Positions 25,702-38,375 are shown, counted from the stretch's first letter. The stretch is DNA of 64,000 nucleotides from Lepidodermella squamata (GCA_047495785.1 JBLDXI010000007.1:1922001-1986000), one strand, 5' to 3'. Notes: a model not told the origin generated them from the sequence alone. Program-made: numbers and translations.

Positions 25702-26608
25702 CCGTCAACTGGGGTGACTTTGACGGTGGGGTCACTCTGCCATGCGAAAATGGGGTGACTTTAGCATAGCAATTCTCGAAGGTAGCCAGGCTGATACCCC
25801 TCGAGTGGGGTACCGTCGGATAGCCCGCATAGAAGGCAGCCCAATTATGACGGAGTACACTCATTTTGATCTCACCTGCTTTAGTGCGAAGTCATCGAAA
25901 TGTTGCCAAAAAACAAAATTTTTCATAAACTTCACCTGTCTTTAACCCTCAACTTGCCCGAGGCTGTTCGTAACATGAACTGATCAATGGGCCGATGCGG
26001 CCCACTTTTTCAATTCAATGCCGAATGATAACGACAACGTATTTTCACAAACGGTTCTTCATATCAACAATTATGGGTGTTGCCCCACCTAGAAACATGT
26101 TTGCCGACATAAGTTTCTTTTGATCATGTAATAGAATTTTGTTACGTAACATGGCATGGTAAAAAAGTGGTAAAATAATTGTGCTTTTCTTATCATGAAC
26201 ATCAGAAATCGTAGAATCAACTGTTTTCTTGCCCGAAATAACAATCTCTAGGTCTTAAAGATCATTTCACTCCAAAAATCAGGTCAGTAGCCTAGGCTTA
26301 AGCGATTCAAAAAACGAACATTAATATGGTATAAAAAAACACACTAAAACTCAATTTCTTCGTTTTTCTTGATTTTTCGATCAAAATCGATGCCAAACTG
26401 GTTAACCCTCCAGCGCCCACGGCGTGTATACACGCGTTTTTCACTTTTAATACTAGTATAGACATCAATGCTTGCCTTTTCTAGGGCTATCCAACGGTAC
26501 CCCACACGAGGGGTATCAGCCAGGCTACCTTTGAGAATTGCTATGCTAAAGTCACCCCATTTTCACATGGCAAAGTGACCCCACCGTCAAAGTCACCCCA
26601 GTTGACGG
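25702..26608. mobile_element. Non-autonomous Tc1/mariner-superfamily (pogo-like) element, 907 bp
   Basis: ~140-bp imperfect TIRs starting CCGTCAACTGGGGTGACTTTGACGGTGGGG, TA target duplication (25700-25701, 26609-26610), internal GGGGTGACTTT subrepeats. Confidence 0.88.
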
Positions 26609-27803
26609 TACTTCCTATTCAAATTTTCGTCAGCAGCTATGCCAATCTGCAATTTATTTCAGCTGGAATTAGTTGACACTTCTGATTGGGCACTGAACCA
26701 AATGGATGAAAAACGCACCGTCGGAGTTAAAACAGACACTTTTACTATAAACAACGTAACAAAGGTTACATAATAGCCAAAACCGCTTGTCGCAATAATA
26801 TACCATCTTTGACTGACAAATACAAAGCGAGAAGCGAATTATACGTATCAATCTTTCCGATATAGTACATCAACACGCGAGGTCAGTCAGGTAGCGGCTA
26901 TGCAAAGAAATCAAGTAGGTTTGAAGTGAACGGTTTAAGAAATTATTCATCAATCATTTTACAGCAAAAGTGCCAGTCTGTCAGAGAATTGTTCATCAAA
27001 TTCAGAAACAATCCATCATCGAACGGGCGGCGACTCGAATCGGTTAACGGCGAGGTGATCGGCTGCGGTCGTCGTCCCTGCTGTAAAAGAAACAAAAAAT
27101 GAGATAACTGAAATATTTTTCAAAAATTTGTTAACGATTTTTGTCGGAGTTAATAAAGATGTGTTAAGAAGTGAAGCGTAAACCCTTTTCCGCAGATGAA
27201 TAATTAGAAAAATTACCTGCTCATCGTAGCGAACGAACAGATTTTTAAGACTCTCTCTCAGAACAGGGTAGTAGGTACTCAGTTTTTCAGACTCAAAACT
27301 TTCACGAGACGGCGAACGAAGAAAACATTGAGGGAGCTGCAATGATTTTAGTTCAACGCTGACTCTCGTTGACAGATGGGTGATGGGAATTTTGCGGCGG
27401 CGGGGACCTTTTGCACACACTTCTGCAGCAGCCTTCGAAGCTGACTGGGCAACTACACGGAGATTAAGAGGACGCTGCTGCCAACATCCCGATTTTTGTG
27501 CTCAGATCGCCGATGACCCACGGCAGGCCCAATTTTGTTCATCATCATCATCAACATGATTTTCCGAGAACAGACACCCGTTTTAGAAGTAGGAGGAAGA
27601 TATCATCTCATCATCATCAAATTTGGTGAAGTAGGGAACAAGCACATCATGAACATAGAACTAGGAGCGATGGACCCTCAAGATAGATCCTGCATTAATA
27701 AATATGAAAATAATATTATAGCACTTGTCTGGCGTGATAGCACACAATAATAGGTGCGATTATACGTTGTACGTGATGAAAACTCGCTTGATAAGCAACA
27801 AAC

Positions 27804-28414
27804 CTGCGGTATCCACGGCCGCTGCGGCGATCGTCGCGGTCACGATCTCGGCCACGGTCATCTCGACGATCGCGTCCCCGGTCACGGTCTCCGCCGCCTC
27901 GGCTGTTCGGGCATTCACGGGCGAAGTGACCATTCTCACCGCATTGATAGCAACCAGATCCGCCACGGCCGCTGCGGAATCCACCCCTCGGTCCACCACG
28001 ACCACGTGGCTTGCCTGAAATACAAAATATTATAAAAATTTCGAATTCGTGGAAAAAAGCGAAAATAAAAATTCCACCTTAATAAAGTAAAATTTTCTCA
28101 CCCTTACCTCCACTGGGTTCGACGCGAACGTTTGAAGCACCGCAGACAGTTCGGCCATTCATGCTCCGGCACGCCTCGTCGGCATCGCGGGAGTCTTCGA
28201 AGACAACGAAGCCGAAGCCAGGGCGATCTCGGCTGATCCAAACGTTGGAAATGTGGCCGAAGCGAGCGAATTCTTCTTTCAGGTCGCGCTCATCTGATAC
28301 GGAAGGTGTGATTCACATGAAGGACGACTACTAATTAGGGAACAAACCGGTGTCACGGCTGATGCCGCCAACGAAGATCTTCTTATCAGGATCGGCGTCA
28401 CGGTCGCGAGACAT
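27804..28414 (-). CDS. RRM + CCHC zinc-knuckle RNA-binding protein, SRSF7/x16-like, with RD-rich tail (paralogue A); exons 28414-28348, 28293-28108, 28014-27804, last exon unresolved
   Basis: KIFVGGI..VWISRDRPGFGFVVFED, CYQCGENGHFAREC, then RDRGRDRRDDRGRDRDRDDRR. Confidence 0.85.
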
Positions 28415-28853
28415 TTTTCAGTTGAGAATTAGTTGAAATTTAAAACCTAAACATATATCGTTATAGCGTTAATTCAAGACATTTACTACTGGAGAGCAAA
28501 GAGCCGGCGAATATTTTCCGAGTTTCCGAGTAAAAACTGTCACAATTACAAATTATCTGAGCCAAGACGCACTTTACAATGATCGCAGAAAATATCGAAG
28601 AACTCTTTTGCAATTTTGACAAAATCTCTTCTGCGATAGATCAGAGTGAATACAAGACAAAGGCTATTATTAGCCATTTTCCAGGAGGCGTAGATGCGAA
28701 AAAAACAAACAAAACCAAGAGCTAGAAACAGTCACAGGCGGCACACTCGTCACCCGCTACAACCTGGGTATTATGCTGTACACAGCTGTGGGGATGCGCG
28801 GCGCAGTCTTGCCCGGTTACCGAAATGAAGGCGACCGTGATCGTTGGCGGTCA

Positions 28854-29580
28854 TTAGCTGAAAATGGAAAAATATCCAGTAAAAACCTGGTTACAGAACA
28901 AAGTTTAATCGAAAATCAAACACCTCCGGTAGCCGCCGCTGCCTCCACCGCCGTAGCCACCTCCACCACCGCCGCGACCTCCCCCGAAGCCGCCGCCTCC
29001 GTAGCTACCACGTCCGCGGCCTCCTCCGCCGCCGCCGCCTTGAGGACATTCACGAGCGAAGTGGCCGGATTCACCTAAAATGTACAGATATTAACATAAT
29101 CGATTAGTTCTATTTCATTCACTTACCGCAGTTGAAGCAGCCACCGCCGCCACCACCACCCCGTCCGCCCCCAAAACCTCCCCCTCGGCCACCCCCGAAG
29201 CCTCGATCACCCCCTCGGAAGCCCCCACCTCGACCCCCGTCGCCATATCCCCCACGGCCGCCGCCGAAGCCGCCACCCCTTCCTCCGCGGAAACCACCAC
29301 GGCCACCGCCGCGGTCGCCCCTTGACCGGCCGCCTCCAGCGACTTCGACTTTGAGAGTGCACCCAGCCACAGTTTGGCCATTCAGGTTGCGCATCGCTTC
29401 GTCGGCCTCGTCAGGCGATTCGAATGTCACGAATCCAAAGCCAGGACGATCGCGCGAAACCCAAACGTTCTGAATGCGGCCGTACTGGGCGAAGGCGTCT
29501 TCGAGTGCTTGTTCGCTGGTGTCCTTCTCAAGACCACCAACGTACAGTTTGCAGTCCGGGTTTTCGTCCCGTCGACTCAT
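28854..29580 (-). CDS. RRM + CCHC RNA-binding protein with RGG boxes (paralogue B); exons 29580-29127, 29074-28924, 28857-28854
   Basis: CKLYVGGL..VWVSRDRPGFGFVTFE, RGG/FGG repeats on both sides of CFNCG|ESGHFAREC. Confidence 0.88.
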
Positions 29581-30116
29581 AATTATAACCGTCAATCACC
29601 TATTTGAGAAATTAAAATAACAAACATTAAATTACCCGTACAACAACGCGATACATTTTTCACCACGACGAGGCGGAACTAACGAAGTGATGAATATTTA
29701 TCATGATCATAAGGTACATTTTCATTTCATTATCAACTTGCGCAAGTGTTATAAAAAGTGGCTAAAAGCTCGGTAAACACGGCTCGTCTTCAACGTAGGT
29801 AGATGGTTCATGATGGCATTTCAACGGTCGATCGGACTTCTGTCTCGGTCACTTCTATAGACAAGAAATGAAGCAACATTTCCACATTGCGATTATCAAC
29901 ATCAAGGTAGGAAGGTAGGATTGTGAATTCTCAATTGCTCAAAAGCCAACTGTCAGTCGCATTAACGAAAACATGAACGCATCAGGTACGAGCGTTTCCG
30001 TTAGCCGAATGCCAATCGTAATAATTTTCGTTAAATACTTCTCTCAAGGAGCAGAGGCTCGCTTTCCGAGTGTGGGACGGATGGCCTTATATTATATAAA
30101 ATTGATAATTACTAAC

Positions 30117-30738
30117 CTTCTGTAACTGCCGCCGCCACCACCACCGCGACCACCGCCAAATCCACCACCTCGGCCGCCACGGAATCCTCCGCGTCCACCT
30201 CCGCCGCCGCCACCTGATGGGCATTCGCGGGCGAAGTGACCAGATTCACCCTGAAAACATCAGCAAAATTGCATTATTTAGTATAAGAAAATTCAATTGA
30301 ACATACGCATTGGAAGCAGCCACCACCGCCGCCACCACCACCTCCACGTCCTCCACTGAAACCACCACCGCGGCCTCCACGGAAGCCTCCTCGTCCACCA
30401 CCGCCTCGGCCTCCGCCACCTTGACGGCGGCCTGAGACTTCAACACGGACGCGGCAACCGCAAATGTCGGTGCCATTCAGGCTTTTCGCGGCCTCACCTG
30501 CATCGTCGGCGTTTTCAAACACAACAAAACCAAATCCGGGGCGGTCGCGGGATATCCAAACACTCTGAATACTGCCATACTTGGCGAATGATTCTGAAAT
30601 AAATAATTAGAACTTGTAAGAGCCTCGACCTAATCATAGTATGAGCTCACCTTCAAGCTCGCGCTCATCAGTATCTTTTTCTAGACCACCAACAAAAAGC
30701 TTGCAGTCAGGGTCGACATCACGATCTCCTCTTGACAT
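30117..30738 (-). CDS. RRM + CCHC RNA-binding protein with RGG boxes (paralogue C); exons 30738-30651, 30593-30307, 30250-30117, last exon unresolved
   Basis: CKLFVGGL..VWISRDRPGFGFVVFE, RGG repeats, CFQC|GESGHFAREC. Confidence 0.87.
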
Positions 30739-32093
30739 AATGATAATGCTTCTATACAATAAAGAAATAACACAGTCGTTAAAATTGTTAGCAGATAATT
30801 CGCAGTTCGAAGGAAAAATCAAAGCAGCACGAAGAGCGCTGAATCTGCAAATCGTGTCCATATAGCTGACTGAGGAAAACCTTAAACCTGTAGGCGGTGT
30901 GCCAAAATGCCTGTTCGATTACGTTTACCGCGCCAAACGTCAGACAACAACTAAACAACCAAACATCGTAGCATGCAACAACGCAGCACACAGCGCGATG
31001 GCGCAGGAAACAAGGCAAACAAAAATGGCGTCCTAAATTTTGAAAAATCATGAAAACTCATATAACTATGCAGTTTTACCAAAATTACGTCTTATCAGAA
31101 AATATTGACAAAATCAAATGGGCACCGACGTGGCATTTTTGGAATTTTTCCAGCAAAAATCGAACAAAATACCACGTCATCAACCGGTCTCACCTGTGCA
31201 ACCAGGTGGAAGAGCCGGTCACCTGATCTTGGGTATTCTAGCTCTTTTATATTAATGTAAAGTTGTTGAACTTCGAATCAATTTCGGGTGGTATTGAAAG
31301 GTTCGGCCTACAGCATTTACACACAGTTCAGATGATTCGGAATTGATTGCCCGTTGGAACACAGAACTAGGCCTTGGAATATCGCTCCATTTTCCATTGC
31401 TACTTGAATGAACGCCATTTGCCTGAACGGCTCGATGTATCGAATAGAGTTCGGCCATAGGAAATAGGAGTTGAACTCGATAGCTATGTTCGTGTTTCGC
31501 AATTCAAAGATGTCTGGTCTTCTTGCTTCTCCTGTTGATATCGCTCTGGGGCGAATCCGTCACGAAGAACAATTTAGATGCAGGACCATGCCGACGAATT
31601 TGTCATTAATATAACCTTTTGCTCTTACGAAGCGATCGTGTGTCGAGCTGGCTGCGAACGTGTCTCGTGTCTTCGATGCTTGAAAATGAGACTTGGGTTG
31701 CTCTTTACTCTCAGCATTTTATCCTCAGTATGTGCGTTACCAGAGGGAAATTATCTGGACTCACGCCCTTTATAGTGTCAGCCAGACTTGAACCATTTCA
31801 GGATTGCGTATCGCGTAGGGGTATATATTTCAATATCTTACCATTTCGAATGGCATGTTCATCAAATCAAGTGAACCCGAATGAATTGAAGGAAAGCGAA
31901 TTGGGAATTGAAGTTTCCGAAGCGTGATTTCTTACTTTTGGTCTTTGGCCTTCTTTCTTGCTAGTCATCACTGATTTATTATTCACCAAGTGACTCCTTC
32001 TAGGCACGGGTTTTAAACCGACGGTCATTGCTTCTCATTGCAATATTTTTTACTTAGGAACTATTTTTTGTTTACAGTCTAGAAGACTTTGCA

Positions 32094-32915
32094 ATGTCTG
32101 AAACTCAGCCAATGATGCTTGATGACGGTGTTGAGGGTTCGATGAATGATCCCAACGATCAATCGGCCAGCGAGTCAAACAAAGCCTCATTTTTGTCCCT
32201 CAGTTTCTATCAGTACTACTTCAACGTATCGAGTGCCACAGTCCTGAACAGAATTCGTCGCGTCTTTCTGTTCCGGCCGAATGCGGCTTTTACCGTTTTG
32301 GATTTGGAACCGTTTCCTGACATGGCAGGGCCTGTTTGGATTTTCGTTACTGTTTGGCTAGCTAGTGTGATGTGTTCTGATATTGGTGATCGCTTTCTGG
32401 ATCCAATGATGAGGCAAGACTTCTCCCGCATCGGTATCAGTTTAGCTATCTCTATCGCCAATGCCATCGCCTCATTAACGGGAATCTTTATCGCCACTAC
32501 CGGACAGAAGTTTATACCTGTTGGCCTGCCGTCTGGATCATCTAACTCGAACAACACGGGCCATGTCTTATCGCTCTTTGGATATTCACTTGTGCCTTTT
32601 GTACCCGCTATCCTACTCTGCATATTGCCTTGGGCCGCTGCTCGATGGACCTTTCTCATAATAGCAGCAATATTCACGTCACTGTTCTTGGCTCATGACT
32701 TGTGGTTCCTCGTCCCAAATAAGCTTCGATTTTTAGCTGCATCGGTTTATTTGTGCGTCATCCAACTCGGCTTTGTCGTTGCGCTGCAATACCTAGTCAT
32801 GGGTCACACCCTGCCTGGTTTATCAGATGATATCCCACTCGAAACCACTGTTAGTGCTGGTAACATGACCACACTTGCAGTTACAGCAGCCGCTGGAAAT
32901 CATACTACGGCGTAA
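32094..32915 (+). CDS. YIPF1: Yip1-domain protein YIPF1/2 (short upstream coding exons possible)
   Basis: SFLSLSFYQYYFNV...VLNRI, PDMAGPVWIFVT, LFGYSL, then five hydrophobic segments. Confidence 0.85.
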   Translation: MSETQPMMLDDGVEGSMNDPNDQSASESNKASFLSLSFYQYYFNVSSATVLNRIRRVFLFRPNAAFTVLDLEPFPDMAGPVWIFVTVWLASVMCSDIGDRFLDPMMRQDFSRIGISLAISIANAIASLTGIFIATTGQKFIPVGLPSGSSNSNNTGHVLSLFGYSLVPFVPAILLCILPWAAARWTFLIIAAIFTSLFLAHDLWFLVPNKLRFLAASVYLCVIQLGFVVALQYLVMGHTLPGLSDDIPLETTVSAGNMTTLAVTAAAGNHTTA

Positions 32916-33066
32916 AAATCATCATGTGTAGTGATGTGCTTGAATCTTGTGATGAAACTAATATATGATCGGTATCTTTTTGGTGACTGCATTTTCTTAA
33001 CATATTAAATAATTTATGATGCTGAAATAAGCCGTATTTTATATAGATCTTGTTACAACTGCCATA

Positions 33067-33889
33067 ATGATTATCGCAGCTTCCCTTCTGAGCTTGCTAT
33101 TTGGTAGGTTCACCGATCAAATTGATGGTTACAATTTATTTATTGTATTTGATATTTTCAGTTTCGTCTTGTCTCTGTTCTCGAGAGTATGATTTCATTA
33201 CTTGTGGATCTACTCTAAAGCTCAAAAATATAAAATATGACGTTAGTAATTCGACCCATTGTCATATTTAATTTTTACTGACTTCGGTTTCACGTTCAGG
33301 TCAGATTACACTCGCACGACGTGCGTTATGGCTCAGGGTCTGGCCAACAATCAATTACGGGCGTATCCGGTGCCGACGATCATAACAGCTACTGGCAAGT
33401 TAAAGGCAAAACAGGATCTCAATGCAATCGTGGTGAACCCATCGCATGCGGTGAAACTATTCGTCTCTTTCATTTGACAACGAAGAAAAATCTACACTCT
33501 CATTTGTTCGCTGCTCCTCTTTCGAGTAACGCTCAAGAAGTCAGTTGTTTCGGTGATAATGGCCTTGGCGATGAAGGTTAGTTCAAGAAAATGAGCATTA
33601 ATTCTTAATTTTTTTAGCTTATTTAGGTGACCATTGGATGGTTGTTTGTCCTTCCAGCAGTGATAAGCACTGGCGACGCGCATCTCAGGTTAAATTCAGG
33701 CACATCCCTACCGGGTCTTACCTCCAAGCTAGTGGCGAACGTTACCAACGCCCGATTGCCGGCCAATATGAAATAACGGCGACACCGGCGGCGACTGACA
33801 AAGCTCTGTGGCAGGCGGCTGAGGGTATTTTCGTTAGCAGTGCCAGTTCGCTGAACAAAAAGTCGAAAGAGGATCACGACGAACTTTAA
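33067..33889 (+). CDS. SDF2: Stromal cell-derived factor 2 (MIR domains, ER lumen); exons 33067-33103, 33162-33241, 33300-33576, 33627-33889
   Basis: Signal peptide, ITCGSTLKL, VRLHSHDVRYGSGSGQQSITG, KNLHSHLF.APLS, C-terminal HDEL. Confidence 0.95.
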
Positions 33890-34254
33890 ATCAGAGTAGT
33901 TTTTGTATTCCTCGCGTTATAATCTATTCTTCGGTGTTCGAAACGTTGGTTTGTGTGATGATCAATAATCTATCTCTGTTTGCTCCAGCAAAAGCGGAAA
34001 AACCTGCTTTTCAAGCCATCGGAAAAATCAAGGCTGTGTTTCAGTATACAATATATTATAGCGGAAAATTTTGTTTGTTTTTTCTCGAGGGCTCCATTCC
34101 TGTGTTTCAAAAAATGTATGAATACTGCTAAAAATGGACAAAGAATTTTTGTTTTTAGCCATCTCTATAATATAAGTTGATGAAAAATCTGAAGAGACCA
34201 AATAAAAACGGAAATTAACTTGCCATTTAAGGTGGAGTTGTTTTATTAGATTTC

Positions 34255-37200
34255 ATGTTATCAATGGAGTTGTGCACTGACTTCTACTTCACGCGAATTT
34301 TCTCATATCCGAAGAAAGATGCTACTAACGAGTGGAAGTTGAATGAAGAAACATGCCCAGCCTGGTTGAAAATTGCTCCAGAATTTGCGTCACTTCGAGA
34401 GAAATTGAACGGTGTCAAGGGCAGATTGGGGAAATATTCGGATGGGACCAAAATGCGACATGACTGGCACTCCCACACGGAGGCAATGCATTTGTTCAGC
34501 TCATTGTCGAAAACGCTGGTTCGTTACTTCGGAGCAGAGGTCACAACTCGGGCGTGGCTCAAGTTCTACGACATCCTGGCACGTTTCCCGGAGCTGGTCA
34601 CCTTCGATAACTGCACCGAATTCACATCGGTTCATTTATGCGAAGCGCCTGGTGCTTTCATATCGGCAACTAATCATCGGCTTGATTCATTGCTAGGTAG
34701 GCGATGAATATTTTGATGATTTCATGTGTGGCATTTCGGCCTCTCGATTCCCTTTCTACCCTAGTAGAACTCAGAATTTAATTCTACCTGGAAGTTGAAA
34801 TTAACCTTAAGAAACGTTGATTTGGACTGGGTTTGTTGCTAATTTTGGTGATGTAGAGAGAAGTCATTCTAATGGGTTTTATTTTGTCGGTGCACAAAGC
34901 GAGCATGGTCTTATATGTCGCTGCTTGCTAACAATTTGCGAGCAAAAATAATCAACGCGTAAAAACCAATTCTTTTCATCGGCTTGACGTCATCAGCTTG
35001 CTAAAAGACCCCAGATTTCGGCTCCGTAGGTGTAAGCACCAAGTGCACATCCGTTCTAGAAGGGCGCAGGTCTCTGGGTGGGAACGACCTGGTGTTGTTG
35101 AACAGCAATGGTAGAATAACGACCTTACGCTTCAGGCCGATTTCAGACGTTTTCCTTGTTGTTGAGCAAGCGCGACTCTAGCCATACACCGAGGTATCTG
35201 AACTCGTCGGCTATTTGAAGTTTTTCGCAAACCCGGTAGAAGAAATCGGTAGAAGAAATCCGGTAGACGAACCAGATAGGGTTTTCTTTAAGGTAGCTTT
35301 AAGGAAATGAAGCTCGCCTGCGGATTCAGAGACAATCGCGACGTTATCAGCATAAAGAATTGCTCTAAGTATCTTGTGCCTCAGCTGCAAGACGCGCTGG
35401 TCCTTCTGAGGTATTTGGCCTAAGAAAGGCTCCAGTATAAGTTGATAATTTTAGGCAAGTAAATTCCCCAACGCACAGATCGAGGTACTTCAACAATGAT
35501 CGAATTGTTTGGAATATATAAAACTAAATAAGCTAAAAATTGCCAGCAGATATCAAGTCGCGCATGAACTTTTTCATAGTAAATGGATATGTGTCCTAAA
35601 CAAATTTGTCATCAACTTCGAGCACAGCGATGTCCTTATTGGCGATAGCACCTTTTTGGTCCCCTTTTTGGTACTTATAGAGCATCTAAGGCATCGAGGC
35701 TAGCTCCTAGAACGTCACTTTTGTGTATGAAAAGTCCACGATTCACGATTCTCAAGGGTTAAATTGCGCTGATGGACCAGAATGTTGAGTGCTGTTACTT
35801 AATTTCGGCGCCCATGATCGATAGCATTCCGGCCATCATAGGGTAACTCGGAAATCTCGGTCGATGTTCACTCGATACCACCAAATGCCCTTGGCAATAA
35901 TGGGCTTACCGACGGGAGATTTAGGAAGAACTCGATCTTGAGCACAAATCGCGCAGTCCTTGACCAGTTTACATACGAGTTCCTCTAGAACCTCGTAGAA
36001 AATTTCCCGAAACTTGCCCGGATGCCCGCTCTCAGAATGAAACTTCTCGTTAAGCTGGGGAATTTCATTCAGCACAACAGCACAGCTGTTCCGCTTGTTT
36101 TTGCTCAATGCTTTGAGGCAATGCAGCACGCCATCCATAACGACAAATTAAGCCTTCCACTTCAACTTCTGATTGGCTGTGACGCCCTCTATCCTGAAAA
36201 GTGCAGTTGTTAATGTGAAATTTTTGAATTTGCACACATCGGTTCAATCTCTTTGGCTATTTTGCTAACAGAGGTTGTAAAATTTGGCTCGTGAGGTCAA
36301 AATCGTCTGGATGTAAGCCAGTAAAACTTTGATCGATGATGTTTTGAACATCTCCTGTTGATCTCCTAGAAGAACTTCGTCAACTGAGTAGCCAGCATTT
36401 CTACGTTCATGTCTTCCAACATCATGTTCCTGAGTCTGGGAAATCAATTTTTTATTGTTAGCTTGTTATTGATGAACTCTCGCAGTATTCAAGTCAGCTA
36501 TTTGTTACTATCTGCTAGCTACAAACCAGCAGATGACTATAATCACGAGTAGAAGAGCGATGAAAAGGTTACGAAAATGTGGTCATTGCTTCATTGTGCA
36601 ATTGATGAAGTCTTTTTATTTCAGCCGGAAGGTCCTCTGACGGTGCCCAGTGTAGCGGCATTGTAGCAGGTAGAGCCCCCGGCACGAAATGCACGTTGTG
36701 AAGGCCTTGTTCTCGACGTGAAATTCCCTAATTGAAAGACAAGAACATTTTTATAGCCCAGTTCATTAGCTGGCGGGTGTTTTCAGGGTTCAAACGAGTG
36801 TCGACGTGATAATTAGAAATACTAGAAATGAATCACTCACTTGCTGCTCGGCCCGTGTCGAAGCCTGTCTTATTTTAATGTAGAAACTCTACCGCGTTAT
36901 ACTAATAACCCAACAAAATTCTGTATTTTGCTATCAATTTTATTCTTTTGTATTTAGGTCAACAACCGTATTCCTGGCAATGGTTCGCCAACACCCTAAA
37001 CCCGTATCACGAGCTTTCAAAGCGTAATGAGGCTATATTTGACGACCAAATGATAGCTATTCGTCCGCAAAACTGGTTATTCGGCGCCGATAACACCGGC
37101 GATATTTTGATCGCGGACAATGTCGTCGATTTCTGGCGGAAAATCGGCCAGCGTAAAGTTGATCTCGTGACAGCTGACGGCGCCATCGACTGTCAAACGG

Positions 37201-38375
37201 ACCCTGGCAATCAGGAAGCAACTCTTTCATTGCTCCACTACGCCGAGGTTGTAACTGCAGCTGGTCTCCTGCGACCGGGTGGAAATTTTGTCATCAAACT
37301 GTTCACCATGTTCGAAATCGAAACGGCTAATCTTGTGTTTTTGTTGAAAAAAATGTTCGAGCAGATCCACGCGTACAAACCAGCTGCGTCGAAGCCTGGG
37401 AATTCCGAGGTCTATTACGTCTGCCTTAATTATTCGTTTGATGCTGATTTAGTCGAAAATTTGCTGATGGGTTTGAGAAATAGGAAACCTGTAACCTGGG
37501 AATTACCAGTGAATTTTTTGAAAAACGAGCTTCTCGAATGCGCCAAGTATTTTTCACGGCTCCAAACCGAAGCTATTGAGCGGAATATATCAGCATTTGA
37601 AGATCTGAGGCCGAAAGAGCAATTTCGGATGTATAATCAAATAACAGCCGCTCGTTGGGATGCTGAACAGTATTTTATTGAAAAAGCCTGTGCACCTCTA
37701 TATCGATTATCGGATTGTAAAAAGTTCTTCAGTTCACAAAACCATTATAGTATGAGTCTATTTAACACGAAAAGATGCGTAGAACTCTCACTCGAAGGCC
37801 CTGTGAAAATAGTTTGCGAGTCAGATTTCCAAGCTTCGTCCCTAGTGATTGTTGATGGAAAAATTCCATCCACCTGGGCTGAAGTTTCGAATTCGTTATT
37901 TTGCTCACCCTCGAAACTTGTGTCACTTTCGTTATATCGGCCGATTCCTATCGACCAGTTTCCTAATTCGAGATGCGTCGATTTAAGCTGTGATTCGCCA
38001 TCCACCTTAACACGTCATTTTATCGAGTTTTTGTCCGATTTATCGTGTAATTCTGGTGAAAATTTGAGTTTAATCGGTCTACCTCCTCCTGTCACTCGAT
38101 GCCTGGCCGGTCTGGCGAGAATTTTGCTGACGAAATTCCAGTCGATTGAACTCTTCACAGGTGGCTGGTTGTGTGAATCCTGGTCGAGTGAAAAATCACG
38201 ATTTGACCATGTATTGATTGAACATTTAAGAAATGCGGCTCGAAAGGACCGTTTCTCGGCCTCTTCGGGTGTTGTTGAAATTGTTGATCTGTCGCTGCTC
38301 GTCAGTGATCGAGCTTTCCGTGCCTCAATTTTTCAAGCTAATAATACTTTTCTACATTTATTACAAAATGAGTGA
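34255..38375 (+). CDS. CMTR2: Cap2 mRNA 2'-O-methyltransferase; exons 34255-34696, 36958-38375
   Basis: TRAWLKFYDIL, SVHLCEAPGAFISATNH, ANTLNPYHE, LVTADGAIDCQ.DPG.QE, GGNFVIKLFT, KP..SKPGNSEVY. Confidence 0.93.
35500..36250 (-). mobile_element. Decayed integrase-type transposase fragment (Ginger/KRBA2/SCAND3-like or LTR integrase) inside the 2.26-kb CMTR2 intron; boundaries approximate
   Basis: Frame 36138-35836 encodes H..SGHPG...VKDCAIC..KPIIAKG.W.RVNID (HHCC zinc finger leading to the first D of a DDE core). Flanking frames are broken by stops and frameshifts. Confidence 0.6.

Noticed and set aside
29132-29473. Proline-rich plus-strand ORF (and similar A/T/V-rich ORFs at 27725-29381)
   Set aside because: Antisense or off-frame shadows of the Gly/Arg-rich RRM-CCHC exons.
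31252-31927. Short ORFs upstream of YIPF1, including a signal-peptide-like MRLGLLF
   Set aside because: I could not join them into a consistent spliced gene on either strand.
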